This document shows, piece by piece, positions 36,975-46,822 of a DNA stretch of 64,000 bases (the stretch's first letter is position 1; each line of letters starts with the position of its first letter). Made by a program: the position numbers and the translations under genes. The notes beneath the pieces were generated by a model that saw only the letters and a program-made list of their open reading frames with translations, was not told the DNA's origin and ran no database searches. This DNA is from Sandaracinaceae bacterium (GTDB taxonomy: Bacteria > Myxococcota_A > Polyangia > Polyangiales > Houyiibacteriaceae): the NCBI GenBank assembly GCA_016706685.1, contig JADJJE010000001.1, positions 449,575 to 513,574 on the forward strand, given 5' to 3'.

Positions 36975-37913
36975 TCAGGTGTGTTGAGCCCAAGCCACGG
37001 AGGTGGCCCAGAGCCGCGCCCCCACCGCTGCGTCGTGCGCTTCTCCGCTCACGCGACCCGGCGCACAGGCGGTGAAGTACTGGCCACCCGGCACCCCGGG
37101 AGCCGTGGCGCAGTGCAGGCTGGTGGCCGCGCCTTCGCTGGGCGTGAGCAGGAAGAACCGCTCCACCGGAGCGAGCCAGCCGCGCACGCGGGTGAGCGCG
37201 GCATGGCCAGCCAAGCCGGTGTCCGCCACGTTCGTGAACACCGAGCCCGGATGAAGCACGTAGCCGTGCAGCCCTTCCCCCGCGAAGCGCCGCTCGAGCT
37301 CGAACGCCATGTGCACCATGGCCAGCTTGGACGCGCCGTAGGCCACCCACGAGTCATAGGGCGTGTGCGGCGTGAAGAGGTCTGCGTTGGTGGCCTTCCT
37401 GTGCAGCTGCGACGCCACGTTGACCACGCGCGCGTCGCCCTTCTCGGCGGCCGTCGCGCGCAGCGCGGGCAACAGCCCGAGCGTGAGCTGGAACGGGCCC
37501 AGGTAGTTGGTGCGCCACTGCAGCTCGAAGCCATCGGGCGAGAGGTGCGGCTCCTTCCAGTCGGACATGAGGTCCAGGTGGATGCCCGCGTTGTTGATCA
37601 GCACGTCGAGGCGCGCACCGTGCTCGCGCTCGTACCAGGCCACGAAGTCACGCACGCTGGCGGTGCTGCCGAGGTCGAGGTCGCGGCCCTCCACGCGTCC
37701 GCCGGAGGCGCTGGCCAGCTGCTGCGCGATGGCCTCTGCCCCACTGCGCCGCGTGACCACCACCTCGGCTCCCCAGGTCGCGAGCGCACGGGCGGTCTCG
37801 TAGCCGAGAGAGCCTTCGCTCGTCCCGGTGACGATGACGCGCCGCCCATGCAGGTCCATCGGCGTGGCCGATGGGGGATGCAAGAACCGTTGACGCAGCC
37901 CGGCCAACATCAC
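36975..37913 (-). CDS. SDR-family oxidoreductase (retinol-dehydrogenase-like)
   Basis: ORF 36975..37913. Motifs VIVTGTSEGSLG, NNAG and YGASK. Paralogous in layout to the SDR at 56812..57675. The start could also be Met at 37859. Confidence 0.8.
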   Translation of the reverse strand: MMLAGLRQRFLHPPSATPMDLHGRRVIVTGTSEGSLGYETARALATWGAEVVVTRRSGAEAIAQQLASASGGRVEGRDLDLGSTASVRDFVAWYEREHGARLDVLINNAGIHLDLMSDWKEPHLSPDGFELQWRTNYLGPFQLTLGLLPALRATAAEKGDARVVNVASQLHRKATNADLFTPHTPYDSWVAYGASKLAMVHMAFELERRFAGEGLHGYVLHPGSVFTNVADTGLAGHAALTRVRGWLAPVERFFLLTPSEGAATSLHCATAPGVPGGQYFTACAPGRVSGEAHDAAVGARLWATSVAWAQHT

Positions 37914-38207
37914 GTAGCGACCTCTGCGAGGAGCGTGCCTCTCATCCCGCGCAGCATCCCGCTGCAGGCGCCAAGCGTCGAGGCGGCGAATGACGCGGGC
38001 GTTTCATTCCGAAAGCGGTGGGGTCGCACGCTCGGGTGGAGACACCTTCGGTAGAACGCAGCCGGGTTCTCGACCCCGCAGTCCGCGCCCGCCAGGGGGC
38101 GGACTTCCGCGAGAATCGAGGCCTGGGATGCTGCCCCGGGTTTCAACCCGGGGTGCCCCAAGAGCCTTGAAACAAGGGCGAACGACACCTCCCAAGCTCA
38201 CCACTCA

Positions 38208-38236
38208 CCGAAAACGGAGGGGACCCGTGGATCCCC
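38208..38236 (-). terminator. Candidate intrinsic terminator of gyrA
   Basis: The minus strand, about 35 nt after the gyrA stop, reads GGGGAUCC-ACG-GGUCCCC (one mismatch) followed by UCCGUUUUCGG. Confidence 0.45.
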
Positions 38237-38272
38237 CGCCGAGTGCGGCTGGCCGAGGTCAGACCTCAGCGA

Positions 38273-40960
38273 CTACTCGTCGCCAGACTCCCCAGAGTCG
38301 CCGCGCCCGCCCTCATCCGAACCGCCGTCATCCGACGTGTCCAAGCCCGGCACCAGCGAGTCGTCACCGGCATCGCCAGCTTCGCCGAGCCCCGCGTCGC
38401 CGGCCGCGTCGGTCTCTTCCTCGTCGTCTGCCGCCAGCGGCTCCACGTCCACCACGCGCTCGCCGTCCTTCAACCGGATGACGCGCACGCCCTGCGTGTT
38501 GCGGCCCGTCTCGCGGATCTCGGCGACCCGCGTGCGAATCACCAGACCGCCGTCGGTGATGACCATGAGGCCGTCTTCCGGCAACACCAGGCGCAGGCAG
38601 ACCAGCTCGCCGTTTCGCTCCGAGGTGTCCATCGCGATGATGCCCTTGCCGGCGCGCGTCTGGAGACGCCACTCGCTGACGGGCGTGCGCTTGCCATAGC
38701 CGTTGGCGCTCACCGTGAGGACCTGCTGCGTGGCGTCGGCCTCCACGATGTCCATGGCGATGACGCGGTCGCCCTCGGCCAGCTCGATGCCGCGCACGCC
38801 GCGCGTGTCACGACCCGTGGGGCGCACGTCGTCCACCGAGAAGCGGATGCTCATGCCGCCTGCCGTGCCGATGAGCACCTCCTGGCCGTCGGTCACCACG
38901 CGCGCGGCGAGCAGGGAGTCGCCCTCGTCGATGCCCACGCCGATGATGCCGGTCTGGCGAATGCTCTCGTAGGCCGACAGCGCCGTGCGCTTGATCTTGC
39001 CGCCCACCGTGACGGTGAGCAGGAAGCCGTCGTCCACGAAGGCGCGGATGGGCACCATGGCCGCCACCGCCTCGCCCTCTTCGAAGCCCACGAAGTTGAC
39101 CATGGGCCGGCCGCGCGCCGTGCGCGCCATCTGCGGGATCTCGAACACGCGCCGCGTGAAGGCCTTGCCGTCCCCGCTGAGGAACAGCATGTGCGCGTGC
39201 GCGTTGACCACGTGCACCCACTTCACGAAGTCTTCGTCGCGCGTGTCCATGGCCCGCAGGCCCTTGCCGCCACGACCCTGGGCGCGGTACTCGCTGAGCG
39301 GCACGCGCTTGATGTAGCCGCGGTGCGTGACCGTGACGACCACGTCTTCGTCGGGGACCAGGTCCTCGATGCTCAGGTCGCCCTCGGCCTCCACGATCTC
39401 GGTGCGGCGCGCGTCGCCGTACTTCTCACGAATCTCCTGGAGCTCGTCCACGATGACCGCCAGCAGCAGCTTCTCGCTGCCCAGGATGGCTTCGAGGCGC
39501 GCGATGGTGTCGCACAGCCCACCGTACTCACCGGCCAGCTTCTCGCGCTCGAGGCCGGTCAGCTTGCTGAGGCGCATCTCGAGGATGGCCTTGGCCTGCC
39601 GCTCGGTCAGGAAGTAGTCCCCACGCGCGAGCGCGGTGGCGATCTCGTTCTCGGGACGGCCAGCACGCCGCACGAACTCTTCGAGCCCCTTGAGCGGGAG
39701 CTGCTGCAGCGCCGAGCGCGCCTCGTCGGCGTTCTGCGACGCGCGAATGGTGGCGATGACCAGGTCGATCTCGGTCACGGCCATGCCGAGACCCTCGACC
39801 AGCTCGCGCTGCGCCACGGCCTGCCGCAGGTCGAAGCGCGTGCGGCGCGTGACCACCTCGCGGCGGTGGTCGATGAAGTGCAGCAGGCCCGTGCGCAGGT
39901 CCAGCAGCTTCGGGCGCTGGCCCACGATGGCCAGGCAGTTGTAGCCGAACGTGCTCTGCAGCGCGGTCATCTGGTAGAGCATGTTCAGCACGATCTCGCC
40001 GTGCGCGTCGCGCTTCAGCTCGATGACCATGCGCATGCCGTCGCGGTCGCTCTCGTCGCGCAGGTCGGAGATGCCCTCGATGCGCTTCTCGCGCACCAGC
40101 TCGGCAATCTTCTTGAGCAGCTCGGCCTTGTTGACCTGGTACGGGATCTCGGTGACCACGATCATCTCGCGGTCGCCCTTGCCGGGCATGGGCTCGATGG
40201 TGGCGCGCGCGCGCATGACCACGCGGCCGCGGCCCGTGCGATAGGCCTGCACGATGCCGGCGCGCCCGTAGATGTAGCCCGCGGTGGGGAAGTCCGGGCC
40301 CTTCACGCCCAGGCGACCCGTCTCCGGATCGTCCTCCATGAGCTGGTCGTTGCTGAGCTTCGGGTTCTTGATGAGCCGAATCGTGGCGTCCACGATCTCG
40401 CCCAGGTTGTGGGGCGGGATGTTGGTGGCCATGCCCACCGCGATGCCACCGCTGCCGTTGATCAGCAGGTTGGGCACGCGGCTGGGCAGTACCAGCGGCT
40501 CGTGCTCCGACTCGTCGAAGTTGGGCCCGAAGTCGACGGTCTCTTTGTCGATGTCGGCCAGCAGCTCGGAGGCCAGGCGCGACATGCGCACCTCGGTGTA
40601 GCGCATGGCGGCCGCAGGGTCGCCGTCCACCGAGCCGAAGTTGCCCTGGCCGTCCACCAGCGGGTAACGGAGCGCGAAGTCCTGCGCCATGCGCACGAGC
40701 GCGTCGTAGACCGCGCTGTCGCCGTGCGGGTGGTACTTACCGAGCACGTCACCGACGATGCGGGCGCTCTTCTTGTACGAGGAGCCGGCCGTGACCTTCT
40801 GCTCGTGCATGGAGTAGAGGATGCGGCGGTGCACCGGCTTCAGCCCGTCACGGGCGTCCGGGATGGCGCGCCCGATGATGACGCTCATCGCGTAGTCGAG
40901 ATACGACTTGCGCATCTCGTCTTCGATGGTGACGGGGAACTTCTTCTGGGTCTCGGCCAT
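38273..40960 (-). CDS. gyrA: DNA gyrase subunit A
   Basis: ORF 38273..41128 trimmed to [35 protein letters not shown] (ATG at 40960). Motifs [22 protein letters not shown] and [10 protein letters not shown] (catalytic Tyr). C-terminal beta-pinwheel repeats and an acidic Asp/Glu/Gly tail. Confidence 0.95.
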   Translation of the reverse strand: MAETQKKFPVTIEDEMRKSYLDYAMSVIIGRAIPDARDGLKPVHRRILYSMHEQKVTAGSSYKKSARIVGDVLGKYHPHGDSAVYDALVRMAQDFALRYPLVDGQGNFGSVDGDPAAAMRYTEVRMSRLASELLADIDKETVDFGPNFDESEHEPLVLPSRVPNLLINGSGGIAVGMATNIPPHNLGEIVDATIRLIKNPKLSNDQLMEDDPETGRLGVKGPDFPTAGYIYGRAGIVQAYRTGRGRVVMRARATIEPMPGKGDREMIVVTEIPYQVNKAELLKKIAELVREKRIEGISDLRDESDRDGMRMVIELKRDAHGEIVLNMLYQMTALQSTFGYNCLAIVGQRPKLLDLRTGLLHFIDHRREVVTRRTRFDLRQAVAQRELVEGLGMAVTEIDLVIATIRASQNADEARSALQQLPLKGLEEFVRRAGRPENEIATALARGDYFLTERQAKAILEMRLSKLTGLEREKLAGEYGGLCDTIARLEAILGSEKLLLAVIVDELQEIREKYGDARRTEIVEAEGDLSIEDLVPDEDVVVTVTHRGYIKRVPLSEYRAQGRGGKGLRAMDTRDEDFVKWVHVVNAHAHMLFLSGDGKAFTRRVFEIPQMARTARGRPMVNFVGFEEGEAVAAMVPIRAFVDDGFLLTVTVGGKIKRTALSAYESIRQTGIIGVGIDEGDSLLAARVVTDGQEVLIGTAGGMSIRFSVDDVRPTGRDTRGVRGIELAEGDRVIAMDIVEADATQQVLTVSANGYGKRTPVSEWRLQTRAGKGIIAMDTSERNGELVCLRLVLPEDGLMVITDGGLVIRTRVAEIRETGRNTQGVRVIRLKDGERVVDVEPLAADDEEETDAAGDAGLGEAGDAGDDSLVPGLDTSDDGGSDEGGRGDSGESGDE

Positions 40961-41129
40961 GGGCGTGACGGTACCTTGCGCAGGGGTGCACGCGGGTCCT
41001 CGCGATGGGGCGTTTCGGTGCCCCCCGGGACGCGTGAAAGTTGCGCGGAGACTAGCATTTCTCGCCTCCGATCGCCCGCTCGGCGACGGCTTTTTCGAGT
41101 TGCCAGACGAAAACGGAGTAGGCGGCAAG

Positions 41130-41146
41130 CGTCAACCAAGTTGACG
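41130..41146. promoter_or_regulatory. Perfect inverted repeat CGTCAAC-CAA-GTTGACG in the gyrA/lipoprotein divergent region
   Basis: Read directly. Each arm contains a TTGAC(G) -35-like hexamer facing outward. I could not find convincing -10 elements. Confidence 0.2.
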
Positions 41147-41216
41147 GCGGTCGGTGTGGATTCGCGGGGTTCGCCACACGCTGCGAGCGGCCCCGGTATT
41201 GCACTGCGATTCTGCT

Positions 41217-41576
41217 ATGATGCAGCTGATGCGGCAGCTCTCGAGACAGCTTTCAGCGCGTACGCTGGCCGGGGTCGTGCTGGTGGTGACGCTGGGGTGC
41301 GCCCCCACCACCGGCCCAGTGGTGCCCATCCTCCCGCCGCTGACGATCTCGACGCCCGACGTGGACGGAAACGTGAGTATCGACGGTGATGCAGAGCCCG
41401 AAGCCCAGGTGTTCGCATTCAACGAAGCCCGCGGGGAAGGCGTCATCGGCACCGCCGATGGCGTGGGGCGCTATCAGCTGGTTCTGGGCGCCGACGTGGG
41501 AGATGACATCTCCGTGTGGCAGCGCGTGGGTACCGAGGACAGCCCACCGCGCATTCAGACCGTGCCAGGCCCCTGA
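41217..41576 (+). CDS. Hypothetical lipoprotein
   Basis: ORF 41154..41576 trimmed to the ATG at 41217 (MMQLMRQLSRQLSARTLAGVVLVVTLGC, lipobox LGC). Confidence 0.55.
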   Translation: MMQLMRQLSRQLSARTLAGVVLVVTLGCAPTTGPVVPILPPLTISTPDVDGNVSIDGDAEPEAQVFAFNEARGEGVIGTADGVGRYQLVLGADVGDDISVWQRVGTEDSPPRIQTVPGP

Positions 41577-41615
41577 GTCAGCCGGCCCCCACGACGACTT
41601 GGCGACGCCTCGGGC

Positions 41616-42350
41616 TCAGTTGCCCAGGAGGGCGCGCACCAGCGAAGCCACGTCTGCGGGGCTCACGTTGCCCTCGCACCGAATGAAGCGGCCTTGCCCC
41701 TGGCCCAGCGCCACCACCTCGGCTTCGAGCGCCGCGCTGGCGCCCCACAGGATGACGCTCGACCCCTGAGGCAGGTCGGGCACGAGCGTGGCCACGGAGA
41801 TGGGGTTCACCGACGGCGCGAGGCAGTCCAGCACCAGCACGGGGTGCGTGAACACGGCGGCGTTGACCTGATCGAACAGGGCCATCAAGTCGTCGGCCTG
41901 GAGCGCCACGCAGTCGTGCGAGAGGTCGGCGAGCAGCGCGGCGCGCCGGCGCGGGTGGGCGCTCGCCACGATGGTCACGCCCAGCGGCTCACCCACCACG
42001 TCGCGCTCGCGCTCGAACTCCTCGGAGCGGGCGGGACGTGCCGTGAGGCGAATCTGGCTCTGCTCGGACGGGTCGCTGATGCGCGGCAGGATGGGCGCGA
42101 GGCCCTCCACCACCATCGACGCCTCGTCGTCGCCCAGCACCGTGGCCAGGGACTCGTAGAGCGGCCCCTCGACAAAGGCCTCGAGGTCTTCTCGCCCCGA
42201 AGGGAGCGCCGAGAGCGACGCGGCGCGCAGCGCGGAGCCCACGAGCTTGGCCGCAATAGCGGGCGTCACGACCGCCTCGATCGCCTCGACGACGACACGC
42301 TCGATGCGTGCGGAAGTCGAATGGGTTCGTCGGGCGGACTCAGCGTTCAT
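41616..42350 (-). CDS. Hypothetical protein with a receiver-like C-terminal domain
   Basis: ORF 41616..42350. The C-terminal part (VTIVASAH...HPVLVLDCLAPSV...VILWGAS) shows the alternating beta/alpha pattern of a CheY-like fold but lacks the N-terminal acidic pair. This is an inference from pattern only. Confidence 0.45.
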   Translation of the reverse strand: MNAESARRTHSTSARIERVVVEAIEAVVTPAIAAKLVGSALRAASLSALPSGREDLEAFVEGPLYESLATVLGDDEASMVVEGLAPILPRISDPSEQSQIRLTARPARSEEFERERDVVGEPLGVTIVASAHPRRRAALLADLSHDCVALQADDLMALFDQVNAAVFTHPVLVLDCLAPSVNPISVATLVPDLPQGSSVILWGASAALEAEVVALGQGQGRFIRCEGNVSPADVASLVRALLGN

Positions 42351-42492
42351 TGGGCCAACGGGAAGTGTGGCACGCGCAAGTCAGACGTACAAATTGTGCA
42401 CAGCGTGCCACTTGGTGTGATGGAGCACATTGGCCCACATCGACGCAGGGAAACCGCTGGCTTCGGGGCAATGCGCTGCTATCAGCCGCTGC

Positions 42493-43416
42493 ATGCGTGT
42501 CTTCGGTGTCGACGAGAACGGCCTCGGCCCACGCCTGGGACCGCTCATCGCCACAGGCGTCACGCTGGAGCTGAAGAGCTACTCGGACAGCGCCCTGCGC
42601 CGGCGTGGTGAGGCGCTGGGCATCACCGACTCGAAGGCCAGCTCGGCCTTCGGACGCATGGCGCTCGCAGAGAGCCTCACCTTGGCGGTGCTGGAGCGCT
42701 TGCACGGCGCGGCTCCTCGCACGGCGGACTCGCTCTTCGCGGAGCTGGCCGTGGACGGCATGGTGGGCCTGCGCGCCCCGTGCCCCAGCGGAGAGACGGC
42801 GCGGCAGTGCTGGGCCGACTCGCCCTCGCTGCCGTTGTTCGGTGGAGACATCGTGGACGGGCGCAAGCGGCTGAAGGCCCTCGAGGGGCGCTCCGTGCTG
42901 CGCATCACGCGCGCGCGCTCGGTGCTGGTGTGTGCTGGCGTGCTCAACCACGAGCTGGCGCTCGGCCGCACCAAGCTGGCGGTGGACCTCAACGCCTTCG
43001 AGCGCCTGATGCTGGACGCGCGCGCCGCGAGCGACGAGCCGCTGCTGGCCATCTGCGGGATGGTGGGCGGCATCCGAAAGTACGAGGGCTACTTCGGCCG
43101 CTTTCCGGCGGCGAACGTGCACCCCATGGAGGAGAGCAAGCAGCGCTCGGTCTACGGGGTGGACGGAGTGGGCGAGGTGCGCTTCGAGGTGAACGCCGAC
43201 GCCAACCACCTGCCCGTGGCGATGGCTTCCATGATCGGCAAGTACGTGCGCGAGGTCTCCATGGAGCGCCTGAATCGCTACTACGTCGGGCACGACCCTA
43301 GCCTGCCGCGGGTGAGCGGCTACCACGACCCGAAGACGCGCGACATGGTCGAGCGCACCCAGGCGCTGCGCTACAAGCTGCAGATCGCGGACGCCTGCTT
43401 CGAGCGGCGGGGCTGA
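42493..43416 (+). CDS. Divergent RNase HII-family protein
   Basis: ORF 42430..43416, probably starting at MRVFGVDENG (42493). Collinear with RNase HII motifs: GVDENGLGPRLGPLI (vs GIDEAGRGP..GP), ITDSK (vs DSK), NADANHLPVAMASMIGKYVRE (vs ADS..P.VAAASI.AK..R) and GYHDPKTRDMV (vs GSGY.SDP.T). A large insertion separates the DSK and ADA motifs. Confidence 0.55.
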   Translation: MRVFGVDENGLGPRLGPLIATGVTLELKSYSDSALRRRGEALGITDSKASSAFGRMALAESLTLAVLERLHGAAPRTADSLFAELAVDGMVGLRAPCPSGETARQCWADSPSLPLFGGDIVDGRKRLKALEGRSVLRITRARSVLVCAGVLNHELALGRTKLAVDLNAFERLMLDARAASDEPLLAICGMVGGIRKYEGYFGRFPAANVHPMEESKQRSVYGVDGVGEVRFEVNADANHLPVAMASMIGKYVREVSMERLNRYYVGHDPSLPRVSGYHDPKTRDMVERTQALRYKLQIADACFERRG

Positions 43417-43444
43417 GCCGCCGGACGAACGACGCTGGTCGGCA

Positions 43445-43945
43445 TCAGCCGCCATGGGACACAGCGCGACCGGGGCGTTGCTCGAACTGCTCGATGAGGG
43501 CTCGCACCGCGGCCTGCGAGAGTCCCGGTGTCAGGGCTCGCACATAGGGCGCCAAGAACTCCACGGCAAGGTCGACCGCGCTGAAGACCTTCGCGGGGTG
43601 CGGCGCGGGGGCCAGCATCATCAGTCCCGTGAGGATGCTGCGCTGCAGCGAGCCCAAGAGTCCCTCGGCGAGGATGACGGTGGCCGCCGCGTCGCGCACG
43701 TCTTCCCATTGCTTCATGAGCTGCACCATCTTGCTGCGCTCGGCTTGGGTCATGCGGTTGTCGCTCGGGTAGATGACCACCAGCTCGACGATGCGCCCCG
43801 GGTGCTCGGCGTGCCACGCGTTGCCGCGGCGCTGCATCTCACTCATCTCGTCCACCGTCAGCGCCCCCTCGAAGAGGTGCACGCCGAAGCGCCCGGACAC
43901 CATGCTCCAGGCGGTGGGCAGCTGCGTGAGCGGCTCGAAGATCAT
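43445..43945 (-). CDS. Hypothetical protein
   Basis: ORF 43445..43945 with good GC3 bias. No family recognised. Confidence 0.5.
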   Translation of the reverse strand: MIFEPLTQLPTAWSMVSGRFGVHLFEGALTVDEMSEMQRRGNAWHAEHPGRIVELVVIYPSDNRMTQAERSKMVQLMKQWEDVRDAAATVILAEGLLGSLQRSILTGLMMLAPAPHPAKVFSAVDLAVEFLAPYVRALTPGLSQAAVRALIEQFEQRPGRAVSHGG

Positions 43946-43962
43946 GCCCGCGAGGCTACCAC

Positions 43963-44610
43963 CTACTCGCCGGGGAGTGGTTCGCCCACGTGGCGCCCGC
44001 AGCGCTGGTGGTCGCGGTGATAGGCCTGGAGGGCAGCGCGCCCGCCCTGACGGCGAAGCTCGATCAACTCGTCCAAGATGGGCGCGCCGTGCGCCTGGCC
44101 ACGCCGACGGTAGGCCTCGAACCAGCGCAGGCCCGACTCGAGGCCTGCCCCCTGCACGCGATCACTGTCCGGGTCCACGGCCTCCGCCGGGTTCTCGATC
44201 ATGTAGGCCGCCATGCCGAAGCCGGCGCCGATCATGAAGCCCGTGGCCGCGCCCTCCCCACCCTGTTCTTCGGCCAGCGCAGCAACACCTGCGCAGAGCG
44301 TCACGTGCACGTCGGGCGAGGCGGTCAGCCACATGAGCAGCAGCGCGATGGTGGACGGGTCCTCGCCGGGGTTGGGAGGCGTGGTGGGCAGGAAGGGGTC
44401 CTGCTCCCAGCGTCGAATGAACTCCGCGATGGCCAGCAGCTGCTCGCGCGACTGGTGCTGCTCGGCGCCCGCCACCAAGTCACGCACGGTGGCGTAGCGC
44501 TGCACGCCGCTCGCGTGGCTGGTCCCGATGGTGGAACCCGCTGACGGGGTTCCACATGCGGTGACCGCGCCCAGCAGCGCGACCAAGAACAAGCCGACGC
44601 TCTTCTTCAT
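43963..44610 (-). CDS. Hypothetical lipoprotein
   Basis: ORF 43963..44817 trimmed to MKKSVGLFLVALLGAVTACG (ATG at 44610, lipobox TAC). Confidence 0.6.
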   Translation of the reverse strand: MKKSVGLFLVALLGAVTACGTPSAGSTIGTSHASGVQRYATVRDLVAGAEQHQSREQLLAIAEFIRRWEQDPFLPTTPPNPGEDPSTIALLLMWLTASPDVHVTLCAGVAALAEEQGGEGAATGFMIGAGFGMAAYMIENPAEAVDPDSDRVQGAGLESGLRWFEAYRRRGQAHGAPILDELIELRRQGGRAALQAYHRDHQRCGRHVGEPLPGE

Positions 44611-44710
44611 GCCGAGTGACGCTACCACGGCGCGGGCTACCCCGATGACGTGACACGACGCCGCGCTCGCCTCTTGACCACGGCGCGCTTCGGGCGTGTT
44701 GTAGTGGGCC

Positions 44711-45460
44711 ATGCGCCGCCACACGCCTCCACCGACCCACTCACTCCTCGCGGCCGCCGCTGCGTTGCTCGCCGCCTCGTGTGGCGACGGCGGGACGGGG
44801 CCTGGCGCGCCGGTCACCGTGGGCGATCCGGTCGGGCCGGATCACAGCGGGCAATACCACTTGGGCCCCGTCGATTTCGCGGAGTCGGAGTGGCACAACG
44901 CCTGCGCGCCGTACCCCAGCAGCATCCGCACGATTACGGGCAACATGATCGCAGGGGTGAGCAACAGCGTGGCGACACCGGGCTCCCTGTGCGACGCGTG
45001 CATCGAGGTCACCACGGCGATGGGCCGCACCGAGGTCCTGCGCGTGGTCACGTATGGGGAGTCGGGCAGCGACGGGGATCTCGACGTCAGCCCCGAGGCG
45101 TATGCGGCGCTCAACCTGGACGAGTTTCCGCGCAGCATGACGTGGCACCTGGTGGCCTGCGACAACGCCGAGCCGCTCTACGTGCAGTTCCAGACGGAGG
45201 CGAGCCAGTGGTGGACCAGCCTCTGGGTGCGCAACCCCACCATGGCGATCGAGCGCGTGGAGGTCATCAACGCGCGCTTCCCAGGCGGGCGCGCGCTCGA
45301 GCGCGGCACCGACGGCACGTTCACCGAGAGCTCGGGCTTCGGCGAGGGGCCGTTCACGCTGCGCGTGGTCGGCGTCACGGGCGCGTCCGTGGACATTCCG
45401 TTCGACGGGGTCGAGGCTGGTGCCTTGGTGGCAGCCAGCGGCAACATCCCGTTGGATTGA
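44711..45460 (+). CDS. Expansin-like two-domain lipoprotein (DPBB domain + CBM63-like domain)
   Basis: ORF 44711..45460. Lipobox LLAASCG. The D1-like part contains CDACIEV...VVTYGESGSDGDLDVSPEAYAALN...WHLVAC. The D2-like part contains LYVQFQTEASQWWTSLWVRNPTMAIERVEV...GPFTLRVVGVTG. This matches the bacterial EXLX1/YoaJ layout by eye. Confidence 0.55.
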   Translation: MRRHTPPPTHSLLAAAAALLAASCGDGGTGPGAPVTVGDPVGPDHSGQYHLGPVDFAESEWHNACAPYPSSIRTITGNMIAGVSNSVATPGSLCDACIEVTTAMGRTEVLRVVTYGESGSDGDLDVSPEAYAALNLDEFPRSMTWHLVACDNAEPLYVQFQTEASQWWTSLWVRNPTMAIERVEVINARFPGGRALERGTDGTFTESSGFGEGPFTLRVVGVTGASVDIPFDGVEAGALVAASGNIPLD

Positions 45461-45498
45461 CCCAGACCCACGCGGGCTCGGGCCTTCTGCCTCCCCCC

Positions 45499-46761
<1,263 letters not shown>

Positions 46762-46822
46762 GCCTCAATTCTTATCACGCCGCAGGCAGCCCTGGGGGGG
46801 CGCGGGTGAGCCCGCGATGCGC

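Noticed and set aside
38040-38130. RNase P RNA / tmRNA-like motifs on the minus strand (GGAAGTCCGCC resembling GGAAAGTCCGG, and GAGAACCCGGCTG resembling ACAGAACCCGGCTTA).
   Set aside because: The two motifs are only about 35 nt apart, whereas in RNase P RNA they are separated by several hundred nt. No tRNA-like acceptor/T-arm or tag ORF for a tmRNA could be built. The resemblance is treated as coincidental.
37910-38188. A 92-aa ORF in the gyrA-SDR spacer, and other 60-100-aa ORFs in intergenic regions (e.g. 10393..10719-, 17322..17555-).
   Set aside because: They show no family resemblance and weak or absent GC3 bias. They overlap hairpins or promoter regions. They are probably non-coding.
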